A stretch of DNA of 46,506 nt from Candidatus Nomurabacteria bacterium (GTDB lineage: Bacteria > Patescibacteriota > Saccharimonadia > Saccharimonadales > Saccharimonadaceae): positions 1-46,506 of the forward strand of contig JAISJL010000016.1 of the NCBI GenBank assembly GCA_031261545.1, read 5' to 3'. Every line of letters starts with the position of its first letter. Positions within the stretch are counted from its first letter, which is position 1. Below the pieces are notes generated by a model that had not been told where the DNA came from, searched no databases, and was given only the letters and a program-made list of their open reading frames with translations. A program made the position numbers and the translations under genes. Shown piece after piece: positions 35,593 through 45,624 of this stretch.

Positions 35593-36315
35593 CTATCTTT
35601 GGCGACGCAACTTCTTCTCTTGTTTCTTATTGCTAATCACAATCAGCAAAGCGAAAACTCCACAAGCCAAAATCACACTCGAAACAATCGTTACCAAGTC
35701 TGCTTTCGCTACTGTTACTTCACCAATCTTAATCACACCAGCACTAGGCGGAGTATATTTCGGATCATAAATCACCACATAATCCAAATCGGTCACGCTA
35801 CTGTTACCCAAAAGGTCAAAACCTTTCACGGTAATATCATGCGTCCCAACGGTCTTTAACCCCACCAAATACTTAATATTCTGCCAATCATACGACGGAG
35901 TTACCGGAATCGTAGCAATCAAAACCCCATTGTCATAAATCTCCAAACAAGTCATAGCCTTGTAGTTAATATCAAGTTGCACCGTGTTTTCGCTGGTCGT
36001 CCATTGTTTTTGACCAACAATCACCAGCCCCGGAGTATAGTCAACCACTGCCACGTCAACTGAATCATTGGCATACAAACCACCGTTCCCATCACTCTGA
36101 CCCGGTATTTCCGTATTATCCCCACCTGTACCATCATTGTTCCCTCCTCCGCCACCAACATTATCCGTGTTAATCTCTCCACACGGCGTCGCCACAGCAA
36201 AAGCCTTTGGCATAGCCTGTCGCGTGCTAATAATAGCACCCGATAGCACCAAAACGCTCGCCGTCACGATGCAAAATGCGCCCATTATCTTTTTCATATT
36301 GTTTTTCCTTTTCAC
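35593..36315 (-). CDS. Hypothetical surface protein with a signal peptide, a Gly-rich linker, a beta-rich domain and a C-terminal TM anchor plus basic tail
   Basis: N-terminus MKKIMGAFCIVTASVLVLSGAII; C-terminus VSSVILACGVFALLIVISNKKQEKKLRRQR. Confidence 0.65.
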   Translation of the reverse strand: MKRKNNMKKIMGAFCIVTASVLVLSGAIISTRQAMPKAFAVATPCGEINTDNVGGGGGNNDGTGGDNTEIPGQSDGNGGLYANDSVDVAVVDYTPGLVIVGQKQWTTSENTVQLDINYKAMTCLEIYDNGVLIATIPVTPSYDWQNIKYLVGLKTVGTHDITVKGFDLLGNSSVTDLDYVVIYDPKYTPPSAGVIKIGEVTVAKADLVTIVSSVILACGVFALLIVISNKKQEKKLRRQR

Positions 36316-36437
36316 ATCACTTTATTTTTATTTGCACACACGCCTCACGCGTTTTCATAACAGAATACCAATTCTGTCTCCAGTCATCCACGGCTCTTCA
36401 CTTCCGTGGACGCCAAACTTAATCTATCTTCTTATTT

Positions 36438-37412
36438 TTACGCTCGTCGCCTTGAAATACTTGAAGCAACCTTCAACACAATCATCATCAACAAGATAAC
36501 AACGATAATGATGATAATCACAAACAAGAAAACTGGCATTACCAACACTGTCTTTGTCCATTGTCCAAGAGTTTCATCTTGCTTATCAATGAAGTCCGCA
36601 TCAACAACCTGAGTCACCTTAAACAGACCCAAAGCCGGCGAATCACTCCACTCCATATTTACCAATCGAGTCGTCTCTGGCAAAATCTCAAATCCTCGCG
36701 TCTGCGAAAAGACCGTTTTGCCACCAAAGGCAGATTTAACCACCAAAGTTTGTCGTGCCACAAAGTCCGAGTTACCGGTGTTTTTAATCGTTGCCGAAGC
36801 CGAAATCGGCTTGTCAAAGATGATCGGACTAATGTTATTCGCAATAACTTCACCGTTTTCATTAATATCGCCAGACACGTTGGCATAAACTACCAACCCA
36901 ACTCGTCCAATACTCTGAATCGTAGAAGTTGTATTCTCATCAACATCGGCGCTCGCAAAAATCGCCGCATACTGACCGCCACCAGCAGCATCTGACGGCA
37001 CCACGATCTTATATGTTACATCCGCCACCTCTTCTGGTTGCAAAACATACGTATCTTGACCGAAGCTAATCCATCGCGCAATCTGCGCTCGTGGCGAAGA
37101 CTCGTTGCCCTCAAACTGTGGAGTGTAATTTTCCCCAACCACCGCGTAAGGCGATGCATAAATCTTAAAGGTGTATTCGTTCGCTCCCTTATTCGTTATC
37201 GTAAACTTTCCTTCGTATGTTTCACCCGGATTAAGATTTATTTTCGCTGACGCTGGCGAAATCTGGATACCCCTAGAATTACTGCCACTGTTCTCTCCTT
37301 CGGCGTAAACATCGTTTGTGCCAAACGGTATAACCACACTTCCAAACATCGGCATCATCAAAACTCCTGACAACACCACGCCCGCTACAACTTTTTTGAT
37401 ACTCTTCAACAT
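36438..37412 (-). CDS. Surface protein with a DUF916-like beta-sandwich domain and a C-terminal TM anchor
   Basis: Signal peptide, then GIQISPASAKINLNPGETYEGKFTITNKGANEYTFKIYASPY. C-terminus VFLFVIIIIIVVILLMMIVLK. SD AGGAGG upstream. Confidence 0.65.
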   Translation of the reverse strand: MLKSIKKVVAGVVLSGVLMMPMFGSVVIPFGTNDVYAEGENSGSNSRGIQISPASAKINLNPGETYEGKFTITNKGANEYTFKIYASPYAVVGENYTPQFEGNESSPRAQIARWISFGQDTYVLQPEEVADVTYKIVVPSDAAGGGQYAAIFASADVDENTTSTIQSIGRVGLVVYANVSGDINENGEVIANNISPIIFDKPISASATIKNTGNSDFVARQTLVVKSAFGGKTVFSQTRGFEILPETTRLVNMEWSDSPALGLFKVTQVVDADFIDKQDETLGQWTKTVLVMPVFLFVIIIIIVVILLMMIVLKVASSISRRRA

Positions 37413-37433
37413 ATTCCTCCTATTATTTACCTT

Positions 37434-37462
37434 AATTATAAAGCATCATCGACACAATGTCA
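37434..37462 (-). promoter_or_regulatory. Consensus promoter, TTGACA-17-TATAAT
   Basis: Minus sense reads TTGACATTGTGTCGATGATGCTTTATAAT. A second weaker copy, TTGACA-17-TATGCT, lies at 37561-37589. Confidence 0.6.
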
Positions 37463-37591
37463 AGACTTTTCTTAACACCAAATGCCCTATTCCTCGCAGT
37501 TTTGTTTTATTTATTTTTGTGTTTGTTTTTCCTTTCTGTGTTTATAGATTACACACCCCCAGCATATCACACAAAAAACCAAATGTCAAGA

Positions 37592-39355
37592 CTATTTCGC
37601 AACTTCGTAAAATCGCTCCATGTTGTGGTTATAATAACTCGTCCCGCTCTTTGTCTCAACTGTAAAATAACTCGTATACGTCTTCACACCTGTCGGAAGA
37701 GCGCTGGTCGACAAGTTTGTCGAAACTGCATCTTGCGCCTCGGTATATTTACCTGTCAGATAACTATAAACAAACCACTTCCCATCTCGTTTAACCAACG
37801 CAAATAGCGTGTCCTTCGTATCGCTCATCGCAATCTGGTCAAATTGCTCCAATCTCTCGCCAGTCGAAACATTATAAAACTCCTCGCCAACCGACGAACG
37901 ACCCACCACTAACAGACGCTTCTTTGATCGCAAATATTCCATCGTCTTATACGACGGCGTCGCCAAACTGCTCCAATTACACTTCACAGCCCCATCATTC
38001 ACGCTAATCCCAATGCTGTTGTTACCGCAAGTCCGAACGTCCATCGACGGCTCAACCAGCGTCAACATCGACGAGTTAATCGGCGACTGATATTCTGTTT
38101 TGTTTGTATCAACATTGGTATATATCGTCGGATATTGCGCCTTTGTTTTCTCGTCTGTGTTCGTGATCTTCACCACATGCTTAATCTGGTCATACACCTC
38201 AAAACTCCCCTTGCTCTCATAAACCACCTTATCCCCCGCCAAATACATCAAAACCTCGTTTCCATCCACACTTTTCGCCACAACATTTTTATCCTTTGCC
38301 ACCAAAAGCTGATTCTTTGCCTCAAAAACCACTTTTCCAGTCTTGACATTTATAATCTTATTCGTCATCCCCTCGCCAACCGAATTTTCATTTATCAAAA
38401 CATAAGTGTCCTTAATCCAATTCGGCGCTTGGCTGATCACCACAGTGCAATTTTGCTCACAACTATAAAAATTACCCTTCTCCAAGCTCGCCACCGTCAA
38501 TTTATCGCTCGCGTTTTTATATGTGTAAACACCTCGTTGCTTATACGACAGTTCCTTTTTCTCACCCTCATCCAACGGTTTCATGTTTATATCATATATT
38601 TTATTACCAATAAACCACATCCCAAAATCCGTGTCAATATTCACAGCATCATTTTGCTCAATTTCCAGCACCACATCACCCTTTTTGTTGATAATACTAT
38701 GCTCGACTTCCGTCTTGACCTCCGCAAAATTACCAAAAAACTCCCCCGCAAAGCGATAATTCGCCGGAATAATCGTCTGCCCATGAATATCCATGTATCC
38801 ATATTTTCCGCTCTCACGAACAATCACCGGCTTCTCGCTATCCATCACTGCCGCCACAGTGCTATCAACGCTTTTACCCAACACCAAGTTTCGAATCATA
38901 TTCGCACCAAAAAGTCCCACCCCAGCAAGCACCAAGGCAACCCCCGCAATCTTGACCTTCTTGCTACTAACCGACATCATCCGCGAGAAAGCGCCATGAC
39001 GAGTTTTGTGAATGTGTTGTGACAAATCGCGATTACGGTGTGCTACTGGTTGATGAGCCAAATGCGTAACTGGCTGATGCGTGACAGGCTTATGCTGCAC
39101 AGTTTCCTGTCGCGCCTCATGCTTCGCAACATTATGTGTCGCCACAACTTCCCGATATTGCTCAGGAATAGTTGGAGCCACTTGAGGCTTTTGTTTTGGC
39201 AAAATCTGTTCTTGCGCAGTCAAAAGTTCGTGCAACCGCTGTTGATTTTGCGCATGATGCGCCTTGACTGCAGCTATATACTGCGCCTGTTGCTCTGGTG
39301 TCAACCTCTCGTATTCTGTGCGTGTGATTTTCCTAAACCCAATATTCCCGTCCAT
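37592..39355 (-). CDS. Membrane-anchored WG-repeat (KWG-like) protein
   Basis: A TM helix (VKIAGVALVLAGVGLFGANMI) followed by repeats such as GKYGYMDIHGQTIIPANYRFAGEFFGNFAEV. Confidence 0.7.
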   Translation of the reverse strand: MDGNIGFRKITRTEYERLTPEQQAQYIAAVKAHHAQNQQRLHELLTAQEQILPKQKPQVAPTIPEQYREVVATHNVAKHEARQETVQHKPVTHQPVTHLAHQPVAHRNRDLSQHIHKTRHGAFSRMMSVSSKKVKIAGVALVLAGVGLFGANMIRNLVLGKSVDSTVAAVMDSEKPVIVRESGKYGYMDIHGQTIIPANYRFAGEFFGNFAEVKTEVEHSIINKKGDVVLEIEQNDAVNIDTDFGMWFIGNKIYDINMKPLDEGEKKELSYKQRGVYTYKNASDKLTVASLEKGNFYSCEQNCTVVISQAPNWIKDTYVLINENSVGEGMTNKIINVKTGKVVFEAKNQLLVAKDKNVVAKSVDGNEVLMYLAGDKVVYESKGSFEVYDQIKHVVKITNTDEKTKAQYPTIYTNVDTNKTEYQSPINSSMLTLVEPSMDVRTCGNNSIGISVNDGAVKCNWSSLATPSYKTMEYLRSKKRLLVVGRSSVGEEFYNVSTGERLEQFDQIAMSDTKDTLFALVKRDGKWFVYSYLTGKYTEAQDAVSTNLSTSALPTGVKTYTSYFTVETKSGTSYYNHNMERFYEVAK

Positions 39356-39375
39356 TTTACCTCCAAGTTACTCCT

Positions 39376-39404
39376 ATTATATACGACTATGATAGAAAAA
39401 GCAA
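39376..39404 (-). promoter_or_regulatory. Promoter, TTGCTT-17-TATAAT
   Basis: Minus sense reads TTGCTTTTTCTATCATAGTCGTATATAAT, followed by SD GGAGG. Confidence 0.5.
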
Positions 39405-39410
39405 GAGGTT

Positions 39411-41243
39411 TTACGCGTTTTTTGCTGCCCTTTTTCGCTCATTCGGGTCAAGATAGCGTTTTCGCAAACGCAAGTTCTTCGGCGTCACTTCCAAAAGTTC
39501 ATCATCACCAATAAAATCCAAACATTGCTCCAACGAAAGTTGCGTGAAAGGCGTCAGCTGCACCGTCCCATCCGACGCTTTTGAGCGCATGTTGGTCAAT
39601 TGCTTCCCTTTGCAAACATTTATATCCAAATCTTCCTTTTTGTTATTCAATCCCACAATCATCCCAGCATAAACTTCCGCTCCCGCACCAACATACAAAA
39701 CCCCACGTGCCTCCGCCATATTCAGCGCATACGCCGTTGTCTGACCCGCCTCAAAGGCAATCAACACCCCATTTCGCTCTTGTTTATAATGCGCACCACT
39801 TGTCGGTTTATACCCCGCCGGAATCGAGCTCATCAAAACCGTCCCCTTAGTCGCCGTGAGCAAGTTATTTCGTAACCCAATCAAAGCCGCTGTTGTAATC
39901 TTATAAACCAACCTTGTCGCCCCAGTCGAAGTAATCTCCTGCGAAAGCATCTCTGCTCGTCGCAAACCGAGTTCCTGCGACACCGCCCCAACAAACTCGC
40001 CATCAACTTCCACCGTCAAATCCTCAATCGGCTCATTTTCCACTCCGTCAATTTCCTTATAAACCACTTCTGGCCGCCCAACTTCCATCTCGAAGCCTTC
40101 GCGTCGCATTGTCTCAATCAAAACCGACAAATGCAATTCACCTCGCCCCGAAACCTTATATCCCAAACCCTGCTCTTCCAGCCGCATCGCAATGTTCGTT
40201 TCAAGTTCCTTTTTCAATCTATCACCAATCTGACGCGAAGTGGTAAAGTCCCCCTCGCGACCCTTGAGCGGCGAAGTATTCGGACCAATATAAATACTCA
40301 AAGTCGGCGCTTCCACCTCAATACTCGGCAACTTATCCGGAAAAGCCACGCTGGCAACCGTATCGCCGATGCTCGATTCCGCCAAACCCGTAATCGCCAC
40401 AATATCTCCCGCCAAGGCTTCGCCAGTTTCCTCGCGCCCCAGCCCCTTAAATGTAAAAATCTTATCAATCCGCGACTTTTTCACCGTATCATCAGCCTTA
40501 ATAACCACAACTTCTTCGCCTTTTTTTGCCTTACCGCGCAAAATCTTGCCCACAACATATTTTCCAAGGAAATTATCATAATCCAGCGAAGTAGCCAGCA
40601 TCTGCAAGCCCTTTTCTGGCTCATCTATAACCTTCGGCTCAGGAATCTCTCTCACAATCGCCTCAAAAATCGGCGTCAAGTCCGCCTCGCCAGCCACATC
40701 TGTCGGATTTGCAACCCAAGCCTTCCCCTCGCGAGCAATCGCATAATAAACAGGGTAAAACAGCTGACTCTCATCCGTCGCCAATTCCAAAAACAAGTTC
40801 GCAACTTCATCTTCCACTTCTGCAATCCTCTGTGCCGGCTTGTCAATCTTATTTATAATCACCACCGGCTTCAACTTCAACTGCAAAGCCTTGTTCAACA
40901 CGAACTTCGTCTGCGGCATCGGGCCTTCCTGCGCATCAACCACCAAAATCACCCCGTCCGCCATATTCAACGTCCGCTCCACCTCGCCCGAAAAGTCCGC
41001 ATGTCCCGGCGTATCTATAATATTAATCTTATAATCTCCATAAAACACCGAAGTCGTCTTCGCCGTAATCGTAATCCCACGTTCATGCTCCTGATCGCCC
41101 GAATCCATAATCAAACTCTGGCTCATCTCCGCCTGATTGTCACGAAAGGTCTTGCTCTGCTTAAGCAGCCCATCCACCAGCGTCGTCTTGCCGTGGTCAA
41201 CGTGTGCGATAATCGCAATATTGCGTATTTTTGACTTATCCAT
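39411..41243 (-). CDS. typA: Translational GTPase TypA/BipA
   Basis: [30 protein letters not shown] and NKIDKP motifs; 610 aa. Confidence 0.93.
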   Translation of the reverse strand: MDKSKIRNIAIIAHVDHGKTTLVDGLLKQSKTFRDNQAEMSQSLIMDSGDQEHERGITITAKTTSVFYGDYKINIIDTPGHADFSGEVERTLNMADGVILVVDAQEGPMPQTKFVLNKALQLKLKPVVIINKIDKPAQRIAEVEDEVANLFLELATDESQLFYPVYYAIAREGKAWVANPTDVAGEADLTPIFEAIVREIPEPKVIDEPEKGLQMLATSLDYDNFLGKYVVGKILRGKAKKGEEVVVIKADDTVKKSRIDKIFTFKGLGREETGEALAGDIVAITGLAESSIGDTVASVAFPDKLPSIEVEAPTLSIYIGPNTSPLKGREGDFTTSRQIGDRLKKELETNIAMRLEEQGLGYKVSGRGELHLSVLIETMRREGFEMEVGRPEVVYKEIDGVENEPIEDLTVEVDGEFVGAVSQELGLRRAEMLSQEITSTGATRLVYKITTAALIGLRNNLLTATKGTVLMSSIPAGYKPTSGAHYKQERNGVLIAFEAGQTTAYALNMAEARGVLYVGAGAEVYAGMIVGLNNKKEDLDINVCKGKQLTNMRSKASDGTVQLTPFTQLSLEQCLDFIGDDELLEVTPKNLRLRKRYLDPNERKRAAKNA

Positions 41244-41249
41244 TCTCTT

Positions 41250-41278
41250 ATTTTATCACACTTGCCCCAAAAAGTCAA
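41250..41278 (-). promoter_or_regulatory. Promoter, TTGACT-17-TAAAAT (TGn extended), 6 nt from the typA ATG (leaderless)
   Basis: Minus sense reads TTGACTTTTTGGGGCAAGTGTGATAAAATAAGAGAATG. Confidence 0.55.
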
Positions 41279-41324
41279 TACCTTTTTGCAACGACGGAAG
41301 AACATCAACAAAACGTTGTAAAAA

Positions 41325-41537
41325 TTACAGCACGATTTTCTTTTTCTTCGCTGGACCACGTTTAGAGATTTTCCCACCGATTTTCCCCGCTCGTGCCGCC
41401 AAGCCCGGATCCGACGCAAAACCACCCGTCGTGCTAGCCTTGCCTCCTCGTCGTCCAATCTCCGAATAGAAGTTCACCCCGTATTTCTCCCTGATCTTTG
41501 CAACCGTTTTGACGCTTCCCGCTTTAGTTCCTGGCAT
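41325..41537 (-). CDS. KGG-repeat general stress protein (YciG-like)
   Basis: GRRGGKASTTGGFASDPGLAARAGKIGGKIS. I prefer the start at 41537 (MPGTKAG), preceded by SD AAGGAG, over the ORF-track start at 41555. Confidence 0.7.
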   Translation of the reverse strand: MPGTKAGSVKTVAKIREKYGVNFYSEIGRRGGKASTTGGFASDPGLAARAGKIGGKISKRGPAKKKKIVL

Positions 41538-41591
41538 AATCTCTCCTTCTTTCATTTAATTATCGCCCACCGAACCAACTTTTATATCCTC

Positions 41592-41620
41592 ATTTTATCA
41601 CGCTTGCACCCAAAAAGCAA
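41592..41620 (-). promoter_or_regulatory. Promoter, TTGCTT-17-TAAAAT (TGn extended)
   Basis: Minus sense reads TTGCTTTTTGGGTGCAAGCGTGATAAAAT, about 80% identical to the typA promoter. Confidence 0.5.
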
Positions 41621-41686
41621 GAGTTTTCCACAGCTTTTTCACAAACACCAAAAAACCAATACAAGCCACCACCAACCCGCTTATGC

Positions 41687-41715
41687 TTGCAAAATCAAAA
41701 TAACTTTTATATAAT
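41687..41715 (+). promoter_or_regulatory. Promoter, TTGCAA-17-TATAAT, 7 nt from ATG 41723
   Basis: TTGCAAaatcaaaataacttttaTATAATctgcaatATG. The ORF-track TTG start at 41687 is the -35 hexamer. Confidence 0.5.
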
Positions 41716-41722
41716 CTGCAAT

Positions 41723-43957
41723 ATGAAAAAACTATTACAAATCTCAGCGGCTCTCACACCAATCTTGTTAATCTTTGGCATATTCTCAGCCAGCCCCAAA
41801 ACTTATGGTGAAAATTGCGATGATCTCAAGTTCATCTTCGCTCGCGGCTCAGGCGGCACACCCAACGCCGACAAAGAGTTCATCGCCCTCAAAACTGGCA
41901 TAGACCAGATGATGTCGCAAGCCACCACCCCAGTCAAATACTCCGTCTTTGACCTAGGCAGCGACCCATCAGTCGAAACCATTTATAAAGATATCAAAAT
42001 CTTCCCATCTGGGCTTCACAACCTGAACATCTTGAAAGACACGGCTGGTGCCTTCATCTCTGGCGGCGAAGCTTTCCGCTACGGCGCCAGCGTCGCTTCT
42101 GGCGAAATCGAACTAATCGACAACATCACCAACACCCTGAAAACCTGCCCACAAACCAGATTTGTCCTATCCGGCTTCTCACAAGGCGCCCAAGTCGTTG
42201 GCGAAACTTTGCGACAATTGACCCCGACCCAACAGGACAAAATCATTTACGTCGCCCTCTTCGGCGACCCAAAACTTTATCTCCCCGAAGGCGAAGGCAT
42301 CGACCCACCAGCTTGCCACGGCGTCAACCTTTCCGTCTACAATGTCTACACCGGCAACTGCCGCACTTCATCTGGTTCGCTTGGCGCTCGCAACCCCTAC
42401 CTCCCTGATAATCTCCGCACCAAAACCGGCCTCTGGTGCACCAACAACGACTTCGTCTGCGGCGGCGTCGAAAACTTACCCGCCCTCAGTAGTTGCCTCA
42501 TCTTACCCATTCCCAGCCCAACCTGTCCGACAGATATACTCGCCGTAACAGCTCATGGCGAATATGTTGAACGCGGGCACGTCAGTTGGATACTCGCCAA
42601 GATCCGCAGCCATCTCAAACAATATTTCCAACGCCCAGACGGCGAAACCATCTTCGCCGACAACTACACCCCCGAACAGCGCGCCCACAACGAAGCCTCC
42701 GCCCCTTACGACATCGCCATTTTCGCCGACCTCTCCAATCTCAAAACCGTCGCCCAACAAAACGATCTCGAAAACCAAATCCGATCTTTCTTGCAACTCC
42801 TCCCCCAAACCTCCACCACTCGCATCTCCTTTTTCAACTCCTCTTTCTCAACCAGCAATGTCTCAATGTATTGCAACAATAAAATCAACGACATGTCAAT
42901 CCCCGACAACGCCCTCAACTGCATCGCCAACCACCTTTATAACGAACGCAACTTCATCCCCGACAAATATCAATCAACCGACTACACCACCGTCCTCAAT
43001 TACATCACCCAATTCACCGGTTGGCACACCGATTCCGCCCACTCCATCGTCATTTTTACAGACAACAAATCCGCCGCCATCCCTCCAGATTTCAGTCTCG
43101 TCTCCAACGACATCCAACTTTTCAGCAACCTTTCTCTCGACTACGCCCAACTCGCCGAGCTCCAAATCCGTCCCATCGCCAAAACCACCTTCTCGCGACT
43201 CTGCCTCGGCGCCTGCAAACTAACCGTCGGACTAGCCAACGCCTCAGTTGGCGAACCGTTCACTATTGACGCCAGCCCAACCCTCCCCATTTCCGAACCC
43301 ATCGACCACTACGAGTTCGACTTTGCCGACGGCACCACCATTATCTCATCTGAGCCTTTTGCTTCTCATATATATACCACTTACGGCACATTTCTCGCTC
43401 AAGTCCGAGCCATCACCAAATCTGGTCGCATCGGCGTCACCATCATCAGAGTCACCGTCTCCGCCAGCGCCGCTCAACCCATCGCGCCATCACCCATCCC
43501 CCTGACCAATCTCGATTTCACCCCCAACTCCGAAACCAATTCTGGCGTCCTGTCTTGGGAAATCGCCCCATCTCGCGCCCGCGCCGCCACTCCCAATCTC
43601 ATCCTCCGCCTCAATAACTTCATCCTCGGACAAATCGACCCTCAACTAGGTCAAATCATCATCACCGATCTCGACTTTTCCGAAGACCTAACCTTCAATC
43701 TGGGCGCCTCTTCAATCACCACCCCCGCCATCCCATCAACCAACCCGCCAATTTCAGACTTTTCCCCACCTCCTGTGGAAAACCCTGTGCAGAAACCTGT
43801 GCAAAACCCACAAAAATCCACACCCAATCCAACTCCATCTGAACCAAACCCTATTTTATCGCAAACCGCTCTCCTCCCGCCAATAAGTCACACCATAAAC
43901 TCCGCTCCAACCCTCAAATCACCAACTTGTTCCTTCGAATGCTTGCAAAAAAACTAA
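41723..43957 (+). CDS. Secreted cutinase-like serine hydrolase with a PKD domain and a Pro-rich C-terminus
   Basis: Signal peptide MKKLLQISAALTPILLIFGIFSA; cutinase-like FIFARGSGG and nucleophile elbow LSGFSQGAQV; PKD-like YEFDFADGTTIISSEPFASHIYTTYGTFLAQVRA. Confidence 0.75.
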   Translation: MKKLLQISAALTPILLIFGIFSASPKTYGENCDDLKFIFARGSGGTPNADKEFIALKTGIDQMMSQATTPVKYSVFDLGSDPSVETIYKDIKIFPSGLHNLNILKDTAGAFISGGEAFRYGASVASGEIELIDNITNTLKTCPQTRFVLSGFSQGAQVVGETLRQLTPTQQDKIIYVALFGDPKLYLPEGEGIDPPACHGVNLSVYNVYTGNCRTSSGSLGARNPYLPDNLRTKTGLWCTNNDFVCGGVENLPALSSCLILPIPSPTCPTDILAVTAHGEYVERGHVSWILAKIRSHLKQYFQRPDGETIFADNYTPEQRAHNEASAPYDIAIFADLSNLKTVAQQNDLENQIRSFLQLLPQTSTTRISFFNSSFSTSNVSMYCNNKINDMSIPDNALNCIANHLYNERNFIPDKYQSTDYTTVLNYITQFTGWHTDSAHSIVIFTDNKSAAIPPDFSLVSNDIQLFSNLSLDYAQLAELQIRPIAKTTFSRLCLGACKLTVGLANASVGEPFTIDASPTLPISEPIDHYEFDFADGTTIISSEPFASHIYTTYGTFLAQVRAITKSGRIGVTIIRVTVSASAAQPIAPSPIPLTNLDFTPNSETNSGVLSWEIAPSRARAATPNLILRLNNFILGQIDPQLGQIIITDLDFSEDLTFNLGASSITTPAIPSTNPPISDFSPPPVENPVQKPVQNPQKSTPNPTPSEPNPILSQTALLPPISHTINSAPTLKSPTCSFECLQKN

Positions 43958-43977
43958 TTTTGATGTATGCTTTTAAT

Positions 43978-44418
43978 ATGAAACGCATCAAACTACTGTC
44001 AATCATACCAATGGTTTTGGGACTGTTTATATCGCTCGCCTTTTCGCCATTTTCTGCGAACACTTACGCTGCTAGCGGCGACTGCCCCGAAACTTCCATC
44101 ATCGGCAAGGACGAAGCCGACTTCTGCAACGCCCAAGGTGGCGGCATCTGGTATATCCTCAATCTCGCCCTCCGCATCTTGACATGGGGTGTCGGCATTG
44201 TAGCGGTTTTGGGTGTGATTATTGCCGCCATCATCTACACCACCGCTGGTGGCGACGACGGCAAAGTCAAACTAGCCAAAACCATGATCTTCAACATCGC
44301 CATCGGTCTCGTGCTTTATGTCCTACTTTATGCTATCTTGAACTTCATCTTGCCCAACCAAATCAACAGCAGCGGTGACGGCAACACTCCGCTCGTCCAA
44401 CCAGGGAGCAACCCATGA
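43978..44418 (+). CDS. VirB2/TrbC-like type IV secretion pilin paralog 1
   Basis: A signal peptide, a Cys pair, then two TM helices flanking a short polar loop (IIYTTAGGDDGKVKLAKTMIFNIAIGLVL). Confidence 0.7.
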   Translation: MKRIKLLSIIPMVLGLFISLAFSPFSANTYAASGDCPETSIIGKDEADFCNAQGGGIWYILNLALRILTWGVGIVAVLGVIIAAIIYTTAGGDDGKVKLAKTMIFNIAIGLVLYVLLYAILNFILPNQINSSGDGNTPLVQPGSNP

Positions 44419-44948
44419 AGCATCTATTGACTTTTCGCGGCAAGTGTGCTATAATAGCGGTATTGCCAATGATATTGGCGGTGCTTGCTAATGTCTTTTT
44501 CATAGCAAGCCCAACATTCGCAACATCTATTGCACCAACAACAACCACCCCCGCACCAACTTTTGCCACACTCGGCGATTGTGGCAAGTCTTTCTTGACC
44601 TTCAAGCCATGGTTTAACGGCCTCTGTGACGACGCCAACAACACCATCGCCCCTCCCGACACATTCACCACCTCCACTACCAACGGTCTCACCGTCTTCG
44701 TCTGGGTCATCGTCCTCAATGTCATCGCCATCCTCTTGCAACTCATCGGCTATCTCTCCGTCGGCTTCATCATCTGGGGCGGATATTCTTTCATCTTGGC
44801 GCAAGGCGAACCATCCAAACTTTCCACAGCCCAAAAAACCATCATCAACGCCATCATCGGCCTCATCATCGCCATCTTCGCTAATGTCATCATCAACACC
44901 GTCATCCACTTCCTGACCAAAGACGCTTTACCAGGAGGCAAGATATGA
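44415..44948 (+). CDS. VirB2/TrbC-like pilin paralog 2
   Basis: FIIWGGYSFILAQGEPSKLSTAQKTIINAIIGLIIAIFANVII. ATGA overlap with paralog 1. Confidence 0.7.
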   Translation: MKHLLTFRGKCAIIAVLPMILAVLANVFFIASPTFATSIAPTTTTPAPTFATLGDCGKSFLTFKPWFNGLCDDANNTIAPPDTFTTSTTNGLTVFVWVIVLNVIAILLQLIGYLSVGFIIWGGYSFILAQGEPSKLSTAQKTIINAIIGLIIAIFANVIINTVIHFLTKDALPGGKI

Positions 44949-45214
44949 TGCACTTTTTCGCAGCTGGCGTTGATTGGTCTATACCCGAAGCCGACCCCAA
45001 CACCGTCGTCAAAGGCATCATGGGAGGCGTCTTCTTCCTTCTTGGTCTTGTCGCTGTCGGCTTCATCATCTACTCTGGCATCAAATTCCAACTCTCCCGC
45101 GGCAACGCCGGCAAGATGGTCGAAGCCCGCAACACCATGCTCTACTCCATCGTCGGATTAGTCCTCGCCATCGCCGCTTGGGCAATTGTAAGATTTGTCA
45201 TAGGAAACTTATAA
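44945..45214 (+). CDS. VirB2/TrbC-like pilin paralog 3 (short, with no obvious signal peptide)
   Basis: FIIYSGIKFQLSRGNAGKMVEARNTMLYSIVGLVLAIAAWAIVRFV. The start overlaps the upstream stop. Confidence 0.65.
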   Translation: MMHFFAAGVDWSIPEADPNTVVKGIMGGVFFLLGLVAVGFIIYSGIKFQLSRGNAGKMVEARNTMLYSIVGLVLAIAAWAIVRFVIGNL

Positions 45215-45215
45215 C

Positions 45216-45620
45216 ATGAAAAAACTCATCATCATCTTAATCGCAGCCTTCAGTCTCATCATCGCCACAGCACCAGCTCTCGCCATCGACAGCCCCATCT
45301 GTGACGAAATCCGCAATAATCCCCAGTTACCTAATGTCGAAGAAGCCCTCTCTGCCGCAGGTTGCGACACAAAGCCAGAAGACGACAACCTCACCAACAG
45401 CAGCCAAGTCCGCAAGATCGCCAACCTTGCCTTCTGGGGCATCGGCCTGCTCTCGGTCATTATTCTCATCTACGGCGGCATCCGCTATCTCCTCGCGCAA
45501 GGCTTGGCGTCCGAACTCTCACTCGCTCAACACACCATCATCTATGGTATTGTTGGATTATTAGTCTCTCTTGCCGGATGGGCAGTAGTCAATTTTGTAA
45601 TTAAAAATATAGGAGGATAG
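45216..45620 (+). CDS. VirB2/TrbC-like pilin paralog 4
   Basis: A signal peptide, then LIYGGIRYLLAQGLASELSLAQHTIIYGIVGLLVSLAGWAVVNFV. Confidence 0.7.
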   Translation: MKKLIIILIAAFSLIIATAPALAIDSPICDEIRNNPQLPNVEEALSAAGCDTKPEDDNLTNSSQVRKIANLAFWGIGLLSVIILIYGGIRYLLAQGLASELSLAQHTIIYGIVGLLVSLAGWAVVNFVIKNIGG

Positions 45621-45624
45621 AAAC

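Noticed and set aside
37455-37593. 12-nt direct repeat aatgtcaagact at 37455-37466 and 37582-37593, considered as a mobile-element or att-site signature.
   Set aside because: Read on the minus strand, both copies are -35 regions (AGTCTTGACATT) of promoters with correctly spaced -10 boxes. No recombinase is nearby.
40131-41234. 367 aa plus-strand ORF, with similar long antisense ORFs at 38135-39022, 23451-24350, 24948-25619, 18288-19037, 18670-19482, 32446-33096 and 10206-10742.
   Set aside because: All lie antisense to well-supported genes (typA, the WG-repeat gene, glyA, thyA, aspS, mod, ychF). Their translations are Arg/Leu/Ile/His-rich with no motifs. They are typical shadow ORFs of biased coding sequence.
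41250-41620. Two ~30-nt near-identical segments (41250-41278 and 41592-41620), considered as dispersed repeats or a MITE.
   Set aside because: Each sits at the right distance upstream of a minus-strand gene. Each reads as TTGnnT-17-TAAAAT with the shared AAGYGTGATAAAAT extended -10. They are paralogous promoters.
42555-43223. 222 aa Pro/Ser/Thr-rich ORF, with other alternate-frame ORFs inside 41723-43957.
   Set aside because: It is an alternative frame of the cutinase-PKD gene, which has clear catalytic and PKD motifs. The alternate frame is low complexity only.
44424-44909. 161 aa Asp/Glu/Gly-rich minus-strand ORF, with similar ones at 44750-45091, 45745-46104 and 46160-46504.
   Set aside because: They are antisense to the pilin paralogs. 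The acidic low-complexity content mirrors the Ile/Val/Ala-rich TM helices on the coding strand.
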